Positions 22,791-34,790 of a DNA stretch of 64,000 nt are shown piece by piece. The notes below the pieces were generated by a model, which was not told the origin of the DNA, made no database searches, and saw nothing but the letters and a program-made list of their open reading frames with translations. Source of the stretch: Phyllobates terribilis (Eukaryota); the NCBI RefSeq assembly GCF_046119375.1, contig NW_027362762.1, forward strand, positions 90,768,001 to 90,832,000. The letters run 5' to 3'. The stretch's first letter is position 1; every line of letters starts with the position of its first letter. Both the position numbers and the translations under genes were made by a program.

Positions 22791-23055
22791 CCGGGGGGCC
22801 GCCGGTGCAGATCAGCATCGAGTCTTCCGCAGAGAAGCAGGTGCAGGAGGTGGGGCTGGATGGCTCCGAGACGTACGTGCAGCCGCTGTCTATGTCGCAG
22901 AACCTGGCTGGTCTGGCGCAGAGAATAGACTTCAGCCAGGACTTTGATGAAGAAGGGATCGGAGATGATTGTGGCTAAATCCAAGTGAGCCGCTCCCTCT
23001 GCCCACCTGGAAACAGCCTGCTCTGAGGACTCTGCGAGGACTGAGGAGCTGAGGG
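22787..23055 (+). pseudogene. MED17: MED17 (Mediator subunit 17) exon 1, frameshifted, premature TAA at 22976-22978
   Basis: [51 protein letters not shown] closely matches the vertebrate MED17 N-terminus as recalled (…[43 protein letters not shown]). No downstream exons recognised. Confidence 0.85.
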
Positions 23056-23219
23056 GTTTTTGGGGCACAGATAAGTAGATGTTTCTGCATGGGGGCTGCG
23101 TGCTGGGGGGCTGCATGGGTAAAGGAGGTTCTATTACTTGCGTAGGTCTGCTTGTATGGGGGTCTGCATGTGTAAGGAGGGGGTGATGTTACTTGCGTTT
23201 GACTGAGTTCTTAGGGTCT

Positions 23220-24700
23220 GCTTGGGGAAGGAGGGGGTGCTGTCACTTTCGTGGGGCTGCGTGCTGTGGTCTGCGTGGGGAAGTAGGGGGTGCTGTCACT
23301 TGCGTGGGGGTGCGTGGGGAATGAGAGGGTGCTGTCACTTGCGTGGGGCTGCGTGCTGGGGGTGCGTGGGGAATGAGAGGGTGCTGTCACTTGCGTGGGG
23401 CTGCGTGCTGGGGGTGCGTGGGGAATGAGAGGGTGCTGTCACTTGCGTGGGGCTGCGTGCTGGGGGTGCGTGGGGAATGAGAGGGTGCTGTCACTTGCGT
23501 GGGGCTGCGTGCTGGGGGTGCGTGGGGAATGAGAGGGTGCTGTCACTTGCGTGGGGCTGCGTGCTGGGGGTGCGTGGGGAATGAGAGGGTGCTGTCACTT
23601 GCGTGGGGCTGCGTGCTGGGGGTGCGTGGGGAATGAGAGGGTGCTGTCACTTGCGTGGGGCTGCGTGCTGGGGGTGCGTGGGGAATGAGAGGGTGCTGTC
23701 ACTTGCATGGGGCTGCGTGCTGGGGGTGCGTGGGGAATGAGAGGGTGCTGTCACTTGCGTGGGGCTGCGTGGGGAATGAGAGGGTGCTGTCACTTGCGTG
23801 GGGCTGCGTGCTGGGGGTGCGTGGGGAATGAGAGGGTGCTGTCACTTGCGTGGGGCTGCGTGGTTACTTGCATGGGGAAGGAGGGGGTGCTGTCACTTGC
23901 GTGGGGCTGCGTGCTGGGGGGTGCGTGGGGAAAAAGGGGGTGATACTTGCATGGGGGTGTGTGGGGAAGGAGGGGGTGATGTTACTTACGTGGGGCTGAG
24001 GGGGTGCTGTCACTTGCGTGGGGGTGCGTGGGGAATGAGGAGGTGCTGTCACTTGCGTGGGGCCGCGTGCTGGGGGTGCGTGGGGAATGAGGGGGTGGTT
24101 ACTTGTGTGGGGAAGGAGGGGGTGCTGTCACTTGCGTGGGGCTGCGTGCTGGGGGGTGCGTGGGGAAAAAGGGGATGATACTTGCATGGGGGAGTGTGGG
24201 GAAGGAGGGGGTGATGTCACTTGCGTGGGGGTGCGTGGGAAATGAGGTGCTGTCACTTTCGTGGGGCTGCGTGCTTGAGGAATGAGGGGGTGGTTACTTG
24301 CGTGGGGAAGGAGGGGGTGCGTGGGGAAGGAGGGGGTGATGTTACTTGCTTGGGGAAGGAGGGGGTGCTGTCACTTGCGTGGGGCTGCGTACTGTGGGGG
24401 TGCGTGGGAAATGAGGGGGTGATGTTACTTGGGGAAGGAGGGGGTGCTGTCACTTGCGTGGGGCTGCGTGCTGGGGGGTGCGTGGGGAAAAAGGGGGTGA
24501 TGTTACTTGCATGGGGGTGTGTGGGGAAGGAGGGGGTGATGTTGTTTGCATGGGGCTGTGTGCTGGGGGTGCGTGGGGAAGAAGGGGGTGATGTTTCTTG
24601 TGTGGGGCTGCGTGCTGGTGGGGAAGCAAGGGGTGCTGTCACTTGCATGCGCTGTGTGCTGGGAGGCTGTGTGAGGAAGGAGGTGTGCTATTATGTGGAG
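23220..24700. repeat. G-rich minisatellite, 52-bp unit, near-perfect core ~23320-23770
   Basis: Unit GAGAGGGTGCTGTCACTTGCGTGGGGCTGCGTGCTGGGGGTGCGTGGGGAAT recurs at 23375, 23427 and onward. Confidence 0.95.
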
Positions 24701-25504
24701 GGTCTGCATGGGGAAGGAATTGATGTTACATGCTGGAGACCTGCGTGGCGAAGGAGGGGGTGCTGTTTGTTTGGTGCTGGGGATCTGCATGGAAAAGGGG
24801 GGTCATATGTGTTTGGGGAAAATGTTATTCGCGTGAGTCTTTGTGGGGAAGAAGGGGGTGCGGTTACTTGCGTGTGGCTGCTTGCTGGGGGGCTGTGTGG
24901 GAAGGAGGTGTGCTATTATGTGGGGACTGCGTGGGCGGGGGTCTGCACGGAAAAGGGCATGATGTTACATGCTGGGGGTCTGCACTGGGAAGGAGGTGGT
25001 TCTGGGGGTCCGCATAGGTAAGGGTGGTGATGTTATTCGCCTGTGGAGGATTACTCGCGTGGGTCTGCGGGGGTGATGTTTTGTGTCACTTGCATTGGGC
25101 TGCATGCAGGGGGGTGTGCGCAGCATGGCTGTGGAGTCGGTGAGCCAAACCTCCAGCTGTGGCTCCTCAATTTCCATGACACCGACTCCGACTCCCTCAT
25201 ACATGGCTCATGTTTAAGTGATAAATTTACTGCAGCACAGATTCATCTCAGCTAAAAGTCTAGACTTTTAGATCAGAAATAGGACAGACATTTATAGGAC
25301 ATTTCATAACTTTCCCAAATTCTTATGAAAAAATATTCGGAGTCGGTATAAAATGGACCGACTCCTAAAACATATAATCCATTGGGTACAGTAGTTCAAT
25401 GCAGTTTGTGGGGAATATTTTTTTTCTGTCACCCATGATAGCACAAGAATGCCCTGTTTTTATCTACTGGGTGGTGCTACGTGAAAGTCGACGTATTAAT
25501 GTAG

Positions 25505-25658
25505 NNNNNNNNNNNNNNNNNNNNNNNNNNNNNNNNNNNNNNNNNNNNNNNNNNNNNNNNNNNNNNNNNNNNNNNNNNNNNNNNNNNNNNNNNNNNNNNN
25601 NNNNNNNNNNNNNNNNNNNNNNNNNNNNNNNNNNNNNNNNNNNNNNNNNNNNNNNNNN
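25505..25658. other. Assembly gap (154 N)
   Basis: Direct reading. Confidence 1.
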
Positions 25659-28600
25659 AAATCCAAGTACAGAGTATGTGCCCTGTGTGAACGGGGTTGG
25701 ACTGAAGACTGGCCCAAAAAATTATACTAGCCATGTATTGAGGAAACAATTTCAGAAGGAACTGCTGATTTTTGCTTCAAATCTTAAAACCCTTATTAGG
25801 TCTGAGGTAGAAAAATCGCTAAAATCGTTTTCCCAGGCAAAAGAAGCATCCCAGACCCATGGAGCAAAAACCCCACCCACCCTTTCAGACTCTGAATCCG
25901 ACGAGGGAATGCTGGATGACTCCACTGACTCTTCCTCTTCGGATAGCGAGGCTGGCACAGGTCATTGTTTTCCCTTGGAAAGTGTGGATAGCTTAGTAAA
26001 AGCAGTCAGGTCCACAATGGGGTTAGTTGACCAGAAGGCAAAAAAATCGGTATAGGATATTATGTTCGGCACCTTGGATCGGAAAAAACAGAGTTTTTCC
26101 GATTAAAGAATAGTTGCAGGGACTTATCAAAATGGAGTGGGATAGGCCGGAGAAAAAGGGTCCCCTTCCATCCTCCTTCAAAAGGAAATATCCCTTTAAT
26201 GAGGAAGATACCGCTTCCTGGAATAAAGCCCCAAAGCTGGATGTTGCGGTGTCCAAAGCTTCTAGAAAATCTCTCCCTTTTGAAGACACAGGGATGCTGA
26301 AGGACCCACTGGACCGGAAGGTAGATACCTTCGTTAAGGGTACTTGGGAGTCCTCAGCAGGGGCATTGAAACCAGCCATAGCAGCAACCTGTACTGCAAG
26401 ATCCTTTATGGTTTGGTTAGACAGTTTAGAGGACCTGGTTAAGAACGAGTCACAGGACTCCATTCTGGCCTCTCTACCAGTATTGAAAGGAGCTGCGGCC
26501 TTCTTATCTGACGCCTCTGCGGATTCCGCCAGATTAGCAGCGAGATCTGCGGCCCTGTCTAATGCCGGCCGTGGAGCAGTCTGGCTGAAATGTTGCCCGG
26601 GGGATATACAGACGAAAGGAAAGCTATGTTCTCTTCCGTGTGAAGGAGATTTTCTTTTTGGTACCTCTCTTGAGACCATTCTGGAGAAAGCAGGTGACAA
26701 CAAAAAAAGGATTTCCTAAATCTTCCTTCTCAACTTTTAAGCAGTCCTTTCGGAGGAAGAAATTTGGCCGCAGAAGGACATCCACAGAACAATCTAGATG
26801 GGAGGATCGTTCCAGGAAAGGGAAAGGGTTTTTGTTCGGCGGGCCCTCCCAGGATAGTCACAAACCCCCAAAATGACACACTATCCCAGGTGGGAGGGAG
26901 GCTCTCTCTCTTCCTTCCACCCTGGGAAAGGATCTCTTCCAGTAAGTGGATCCTCAATTTAATAAAATCAGGATTAAAACTGGAATTTCTGAGGAACCCA
27001 CCAGAGAAATTTATTCCGACTACCTTAAGATGCTCTCTACCCGAACAGCGGGCACTGGAGTAAGAGATTTCAGGTCTCCTGCAAACGAACGTCTTGCTGG
27101 AGGTATCACCACAAGAGGAAAGAAGAGGGTTCTCTTCCCCCTTATTCCTTATAAAGAAGCTGGACAATTCATACAAAATCATAGAATGGTAGAGTTGGAG
27201 GGGACCTCCTGGGTCATCTGGTCCAACCCCCTGCTCAAAGCAGGATTCACTAAACCATCTCAGACAGATGTCTGTCCAGCCTCTGTTTGAAGACGTCCAT
27301 TGAAGGGGAACTCGCCACCTCTCGTGGCCTCCTGTTCCACTCATCCTCAACTTGAAAGGCCTGAACAAATTCCTGAACATTCCATCATTCAAGATGGAAA
27401 CAATAAAATTGACGATAAGCCTTCTATTTCCCAGCTGCTACATGGCAGTGTTGGACCTAAAGGATGCGTATTACCATGTGCCAATCCATCACGACTTTCA
27501 AAAATACCTCAGAGTAACCGTAACTATACAGGGAGTCGTCAAGCACTTCCAGTACAGAGCTCTTCCCTTCGGCCTAGCAGTAGCGCCCCGCATATTCAGA
27601 AAACTTATAGTGGAGGTTAAGGCTCATCTCGGGGAGGAAAACAGATTGATCATTCCGTACCTGGACGACTTCCTAATAGTGGGCAAAACTCACGATCACT
27701 GCCTGGCCAAAGTAGATCAGGTGTGCACCATCTTAAAAAACTTAGGATGGTGTTTAAACCTAGAAAAATCAAAACTGATCCCGCATACAACTCAGATCGT
27801 TTTAGGCCTTACTCTGGATTCAGTTCGACAGGAATGCCGCCTGCCCGAGCAGAAAAGAGAGAAAATAAAAAATGTAGTTTCGACAGCCATAACAAACCCA
27901 GTAATGACTCTCAGGGGGGCCATGTCTTTGCTGGGGTCCCTCACTTCCTGCATCCCAGCAGTATGCTGGGCCCAATTTCATTCAAGAGAATTACAATGGG
28001 ACGTCCTAAAGAACGAAATCGTCCTCAGGGGGCATCTGGAGGGCAGATTAACACTCCCTCACAATGTAATTCAGTCACTGTATTGGTGGTTAAAGACCAA
28101 CACGTTCCGGACAGGCGTCCCCTGGGTTCCCCAAATTACCAGAGTGATTACTACGGATGCCAGCCCCAGGGGGTGAGGGGCGCACCTAGACAACCACCCG
28201 ATACAGGGGACTTGGTCAGAGGAGGAGAGTCTGGTGTCTTCCAACATGTGGGAACTACGAGCAGTAGAGACGGCACTAATCAGCTTCTTACCCCTTCTAC
28301 GAGGACATCACATAAAAATTCTGTCCGACAACCAGGTCACTGTGGCATATGTGAACCACCAGGGGAGAACTTGCTCAAAATCACTAATGCAAGTTGCGCG
28401 GAGGATATTTTCTCTAGTGGAAGGAAAAGTTCTCTCTTTAAAGGCCCTTCATATCAGAGGAGAGGACAACCCGAAGGCAGACTTTCTAAGTCGCAGGCCA
28501 CTATTGCAGGGAGAATGGACTCTAAATCACTCAGTCTTCCGCCAGCTAGTGGCCATGTGGGTGTCTCCAGAGGTCGACCTGTTTGCGACTCGTCAGAACA

Positions 28601-29147
28601 GCAAATTAAAAAAGTTCTGCTCACTGAATCCCACAGAAAATCCTTTAGTAGTAGACGCCTTCCAGTGTAGATGGGATTTCAGTCTGGCCCATGCCTTTAC
28701 CCCAACGTGCCTAATTCCAGCAGTGTTGAGGAAGATCCGGGAGGATCAGGTTCGAGTGGTCCTCATAGCTCCCTTCTGGCCCAAGAGACCATGGTTCTTT
28801 TGGCTGAAGGGCATGTCAATCACGAACCCCTGGATTCTTCCAGAGATTCCCGACCTTCTTGCTCAAGGTCCTATATTCCATCCTCAGGTGAAAGGATTGT
28901 ACTTAGCGGCCTGGAACTTGAGAGGTCATTTCTAGAGGGTCGAGGTTTCTCATCGAATCTAGTTACTACTCTTATAGGTAGTAGGAAACCAATCACTACT
29001 AAAATTTACAGTAGAGTCTGGAAGAGGTTCTTGTCATCTCAGGTATTCTCCCTTTTTATCTTGAAGGTTTCCTGTCCTTGAAGGGCGGATCCCCTCTCTC
29101 GTTGTGCCGTCATGGGTTCCGAAAAAACACATTACCGGTAAGTAATA
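25659..29147 (+). mobile_element. DIRS1-type tyrosine-recombinase retrotransposon, decayed; recombinase largely deleted
   Basis: gag-like WDRPEK…FKRKYPF…PKLDVAV…LKDPLDRK. RT LDLKDAYYH…LPFGL…PYLDD; RNase H TTDAS.RG*GAHL; methyltransferase-like VDLFAT…AFTP…LIAPFWP. Recombinase start KIYSRVWKRF; terminal GGTAAGTAAT. Confidence 0.9.
27183..27344 (-). mobile_element. Short CR1 3'-end insertion inside the DIRS RT
   Basis: TCATAGAATGGTAGAGTTGGA.GGGACC tail; excision restores KKLDNSYKIILNLKGLNKF; flanked by TCAT on both sides. Confidence 0.8.
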
Positions 29148-29359
29148 TACGTGTTTCATAAGAATTTGGGAAAGTTATGAAATGTCCTATTCCTGATCTA
29201 AGGGTCTAGACTTTTAGCTGAGATGAATCTGTGCTACAGTAAATTTATCACTTAAACATGAGCCATGTATGAGGGAGTCGAAGTCGTGGAGTTGGAGTCA
29301 GTGTCATGGAAATTGGGGAGTCTGAGGTTTGGCTTACCGACTCCACAGCCCTGCACATA

Positions 29360-30135
29360 ACGGGCTCTATCCTCTACTCGGACACTGTGCTGCTCGATTG
29401 TAGCCACATTTCCATTGGAGTCAGGCTCGACTTGTATCGAGTCTTCCGAATGATTTCTTTTTTCTGTTTTATTCTAGGTCTTGTGGGTTTTCACCATGCC
29501 ATGCCTCCACAGTACTGCACCTCCCTGCCGATGCCATTCCATCACTGGTCATCTCTTCAACAAGTGCAGTTCTGGTGGCCCAACAATCCGTGGTTCGAGG
29601 GTTTGAGAGTCGGATTTGTCTCCCCTCAAGCAGTTTTCACAGCATTTATTTTCCTGGGTTTTCTTTCCTGGGCTCCAGCTGGTGTTGGCATTCTTACTGA
29701 CCCCCTTGCTGCCTCTTTTCTTCTGTCCTGGCACTATTATTTTCCTCGGCAAACATCCAGATAGAAGACCTAGTTGCCTTCTTTCACCATTACCATTTGG
29801 GGACACAGCGTGGTGTCACAGCTCCTGCACCTTTGTTGGTTAGCAATAGTCGCCCTCCTGGGCATATTTCCATTTTTTCCAGGCACCCTGTCATCTAATT
29901 GGGAGCCCCGCAGGCCGCCTCCTGTGGTCATTTCACCTTTTTAGCTTGGGGGGGGGGATATCTCTCCCTCAGGGAGATCTGGATGGCTCACATGGACATC
30001 ACCGCCCTGACCCTGGTATATCTCAGGTTTATATGATGGAATGCCCTCTAGTGGCTGGGCATATACTCACGCTTTTGTGTCCTCTAATGTGTTCAACAAG
30101 AAAGGAATTTGATGGTAAGTACAGAAATCTAATTT
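29360..30135 (-). mobile_element. Second DIRS-like element, 5' fragment
   Basis: Minus-strand start AAATTAGATTTCTGTACTTACC…GAGGACAC resembles DIRS termini; short Cys-containing ORF KCCENC. Confidence 0.5.
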
Positions 30136-31796
30136 TTTTAACACCAAAGTGATGGAAACTCGGGTACAAAAGGTTTTCGCTTTCATCCTCACTTATCCAA
30201 TGTGGCTTAATTCCACGTATTGATTTGTAAAGTTCATTGTTGTAGACTTGTATGTATAAATATATCTTTCCTCTTTTTGTTAGACTTATTTATATATGTG
30301 TTTTAATAAAACGGTTTGAGAACTACTGGCTGAATTTTTATTTCTATAATTCTAAATCTTGGTGTGATATTAGTGAAGAGTAACTGCAGGTGGATCTGTA
30401 TCGGAGCGTGTTCACACATTGCGATTTGTTGGGGAAGCTATCTGCAGCGAAGTCCTCACATGTAGACCCGGACTAAATCCTTCAGGTCTCGCTGATAATT
30501 TCTTTTGTCTTCAGCGGCAACCTTTAAAAAAAAAAAAAAACTGATACTCGCTTATGCGACTTGGCTTTCCATGTGGCCCCTACAGCCTGATTAGTCATCC
30601 AGGTCATAGATGGGGCAAAACATATATATATATATTTTTTTAAGAGACATAAGTTGCTTTTCGCTGCGGGTCTGATTGATGGTGCCACCACTGTTCCATA
30701 GGACAGAATCTGGCCGAGGTCACAAGGAGGAGAACATAATTTGCAGTAACTCAAATCTAGAGTACATGGATAGGTATACATAATACTGTTAATCAGATGA
30801 AACTGCATCTTCTAACAATCCTATCATGAGTAGAGAGAACTTTTTTTTCACCGCATAACCCCCTTATCACCTATCTTAACTAGCAGAATGCGGCACTTTT
30901 ATCTCTTTCTTGCCGGGGTCACAGTAGCAGAGGACTTTGGATGCAATAGCTAATGACACTCTGCTGCGCGTGAGAACCACGTGTCAGTGCTCCGATCCTC
31001 TCGCATGAGAGTATCACAGCAGAGGAGACTGAGAAAATAATTTCTCCATTGCCTGTCTCGATGTATATTGTACTGCACTCAAATGACATCCAAGTGCAGT
31101 CCGATGTTTTGCATAGACTTGTATGGGTGCGTGCCATCTGAGATACGCTGCCAATTGCAGCATGCAGTGTTTTTTTTTTTTTTTGTTTTTTTTTAATTCC
31201 CCCACCTTTATGCCAACTAGACCTGAGAAAATAAATGCTAGTCAGCACTGCATAGCGTAACATTGGAGCGAATGCAAACCGATAAAACATCGGGTAGCAC
31301 TCAACTGAGTCTGAGCGAGCCCTAGGAATTGAGCAGCAGTGCACGTGGTCAGTCCAACCTCCATTCTTGCCCTATAGGACTCTCAAGCGATTCTCTCTTG
31401 TTTTTTTTCTGGCAGCCACACAGATTGAGTGGAGCAATGGTGAGACGTCCAACCTGCTGCTCCATTCTGTAACTGGGACAATGGGACATTTTTATCCCTG
31501 TCAGTGCAGGTCAGACACCAATCCCCTACAATCATTTGTTGACAGCTCTCTCCTGACTATCACATACAGGAGTGCTTGAGCTGTCAATTAGAGAGCAGAC
31601 GTCAGGCTCCTCTGGCGGCGGCGTCTTATCTTCAGAGATCAAAAGGATCAAATAGTGGAATTCCAACACACTGGATCCTTCTTTCCCTTGACATCAATGA
31701 TCGAGGGAGAGGCGGAAAGCCTCAGTGTACTTCACATTGTTGGCTGATCCTGCCGACTTTAGCTTTGTGTATGGAAGCCTTAGTGTAATCATTATA

Positions 31797-31994
31797 AGGA
31801 CTCAATCAGACGTCCATGCACATCGGTCTGATCTCAGAATTCAGCGCATAGACTAGCTGAGGCTCTCCTAACCAGAGCATGACCGCCTCATAGAAATATA
31901 TGAAGCCATCATGGTCCAGTCAGGAGACCTGCAGCCAGTCCTTGAATTGTGGTCTGAGATCGGACATATATGCATGGACGCCTAAATGAGCCCT
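31797..31994. mobile_element. Small MITE with ~45-bp inverted termini
   Basis: AGGACTCAATCAGACGTCCATGCA… mirrored by …TGCATGGACGCCTAAATGAGCCCT. Confidence 0.7.
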
Positions 31995-32399
31995 AATAGA
32001 CATTTATTATAGTTAATTCTGTAATGAGGCGACTATGAGAAGCTCCTGGAATCACCTCCACTGTAATCATCTCTATGATGAGCCATCTCGATTGGAGTTG
32101 CTTCTTTGAGATTCCCCTTCCAACCAGGGGTGTGCATATAAAACATCGGGTCTCATAACAGAAGTTCTAATTGGGTCCCCGTCCCCCCCCCTTCCCAAAA
32201 AAAAAAAAATTTGATGGGGTTACAGAAGAGCATATCTCACAACTTTGCAGCCCTTACAAAGTAATTTTCCTCCTGTTGAAGCCCCTAGATTGCTCTTTCA
32301 TTGCACCTATAATGTTTTGATGCCAATGAAAGTGCCCCCCCCCCTCAAAACACAGTATGATACCCTCACATTAAATTCCTCCACACTTGTAGTGTGATG

Positions 32400-32790
32400 T
32401 CCCTAATGTACCCCCCACCTCAACTTCACCAGCACAGTATGATGCCCCAACTATGACCCCCACACAGCCCTCCATACAGTATAATGGACCCCAAACCTCT
32501 CCACACAGTATAATGGCCCCAACACAACCATCCACACTGTGTAATGCCCCCCACTAGCCCTCTAAACAATACAATGGCTCCCACACAGCCCTCCACACAT
32601 TATGATGGCCCCACACAAACCTTCACACTGTATAATTGATAGCATTCAGTATGATAGCCCTCCAAACAGTATAATGGTTCATTCGTAGCCCTGCACACGG
32701 TATAATGGCCCCACATAGTTCTCTATATAGTTTAATGGCCCCTACGTTGCCTTCCATACAGGATAATAGTCCTCAGTACGGTATAATGGG
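32400..32790. repeat. Degenerate ~36-bp tandem repeat
   Basis: Recurring CCCCCACACAGCCCTCCA(C/T)ACAGTATAATGG. Confidence 0.75.
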
Positions 32791-33309
32791 CCATACAATG
32801 TATTCATTTAAAAACAAAGAAAACCTCTCCTTCCCCTGCTGCTCCGGTCTCCGTCGCCTGTGTTCTGATTCTCTTCACTGGTCTGCACAGCGGCACGATA
32901 AAATGACGTCATCATCACACCTACTGCGCTGAGACGTCAGAGCTCAGACATGGAGAATGATGGAGGAGGGGGCTTACAGCTTCCCTCTTTCATCATTGTA
33001 TTCAACTGTAATGGCACCCAGGATGCCGAAACAGTTGAACCTGCGATGCCGGGTGAGCCCCCTCCAACTCACGGGCCCCATTGTAGTTGCATGGTCGTCC
33101 CCCATTGGCGGTGTGGCATCCTATATTTTAAATGTCAAACCCAGGGACAGTCATGGAAACTAATATTGCTTAACTATAATGGGGGCTGGTTGGTTTCAAT
33201 TAAGGTGTGCAGCATTTGGCGGATACCCCAATGGAGGCTAAACAGATTCCATTATAAAGAGACACGTATGATGGTTTTGATATCCGTCATGCAACAAATA
33301 CAGTTTGTA

Positions 33310-33810
33310 ACAAAACTGATGGTGGTTCTGGTGCCATATTCCTATATTGATAATGGTACTGGTCTCATATTCCTGTACTGATGGTGGTTGTGGTGACATC
33401 TTCATGTAGTGATGGTTTCTTTGGTGCTGTATTCGTGTGCTATTGATGGCTCTGGTGATATACTCACGTAGTGATGATGGTTCTTGTGCTGTATTCCTCA
33501 CCAAAACCATCATCAGTACATGAATATGAAATGAAAATCATCATCAGTACATAAATACATCACCAGAGCCATCAACAGTACATAAACACGGCACCAGAAC
33601 CATCATCAGTAACTTAGTAAGTCACTAGCACCACCATTAGTAGATAAATGCATCACCAGAACCACCATGAGTTTGTTAATGCATCACCAGAACCTCCATC
33701 ATTGCATGAATACACCACAAGAACCACTGTCCGTAAATAAATACAAAACCAGTACCATCAGTACATGAATAAGTCACCAGAACCACCATCAGTATATCAA
33801 TACATCACCA
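33310..33810. repeat. Head-to-head array of ~35-bp subrepeats
   Basis: GATGGTTCTGGTG-type units up to ~33495, then CACCAGAACCATC-type units. Confidence 0.8.
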
Positions 33811-34008
33811 AGCTTAGTAAAGCAATCAATTGTAATGTCAAGTTAGGCACATATACAGTACATTTCTATCTCGTGAACCTATAACTCCCAGGATGTCCTT
33901 AACAATAGTAAGGAGATGCTGGGAGTTATCAGTCATTATCATAGAGGAATCACAGTACTGTTGAGACATAGCATCAACAAGTAAATATTTACATCCTGGT
34001 ACCTTATA

Positions 34009-34391
34009 CAGTGGGGAAAAAAAGTATTTAGTCAGCCACCAATTGTGCAAGTTCTCCCACTTAAAAAGATGAGAGAGGCCTGTAATTGACATCACAGATA
34101 GACCTCTACTATGAGAGACAAAATGAGAAAACAAATCATGAAAATCACATTGTCTGATTTGGAAAGAATTTTTTTTTTAAATTTTGGTGGAAAATAAGTA
34201 TTTGGTCAATTACAAACAAACAAGATTTCTGGCTCTCACAAACCTGTAACTTCTTCTTTAAGAGGCTCCTCTGTCCTCCACTCATTACCTGTAGTACTGG
34301 CACCTGTTTGAACTTGTTATCAGTATAAAAGACTCCTGTCCGCAACCTCAAACAGTCACACTCCAAACTCCACTATGGTGAAGACCAAAGA
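34009..34391 (+). mobile_element. Tc1/mariner 5' end (TIR to transposase ATG)
   Basis: TA-CAGTGGGGAAAAAAAGTATTTAGTCAGCCACC … ATGGTGAAGACCAAAGAG, then truncated. Confidence 0.85.
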
Positions 34392-34790
34392 GTCACATAT
34401 TTATACACTACAAGACACAGAAATAATGCAATAGCTGAGACAAGTGACGTTATGCAGAACTATCATTATGGGAGAGGGATAAACAGCTGTGGTCATAAAT
34501 AGTGGAATAGTTATTGATGAACTATTCCAATATTTACGGCCACAACTGTTTATCCCTCTCCCATAATGATAGTTCTGCTTTATGTCATTTGTCTCATCTA
34601 TTGCATTATTTCTGTGTCTTGTGTATAAATATGTGACTCTTCAGATTTTGTGTTATATTATGCCTGATGAAGAAACCTGAGTAGTCTTGAAAGCTTGCAA
34701 TCTGTTACCATCTTTTCAGCTAGCCATTAAAAGGTATCAACCACGGAGTACTCTCAAATCTAAATATTTTTCTATCTACTGGCTATGGCT
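34390..34790 (+). mobile_element. Non-autonomous Penelope-type repeat with inverted 5' duplication
   Basis: ~120-bp arms at 34390-34511 and 34518-34639 form a foldback, followed by a hammerhead. Confidence 0.8.
34658..34700 (+). ncRNA. Minimal type I hammerhead ribozyme motif, canonical core
   Basis: TGC-CTGATGA-AGAAACCTGAGTAGTCTT-GAAA-GCTT-GCA; palindromic AAGCTT; helix II imperfect. Confidence 0.7.

Larger units (their letters stand above)
25124..29353. mobile_element. hAT-like MITE arms (~200-bp inverted repeats at 25124-25330 and 29154-29353) enclosing a DIRS element
   Basis: CA(T/G)GGCTGTGGAGTCGG … CCGACTCCACAGCCCTG termini; no clear 8-bp TSD. Confidence 0.65.

Noticed and set aside
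23222-25021. Cys/Gly/Trp-rich or Pro/Thr-rich ORFs
   Set aside because: Translations of the 52-bp G-rich minisatellite.
1878-28176. Stop-codon recoding (TAG at 1878, TGA at 3882 and 28174 fall at expected Trp positions)
   Set aside because: Single G>A changes from TGG in elements that also carry frameshifts; ordinary pseudogene decay.
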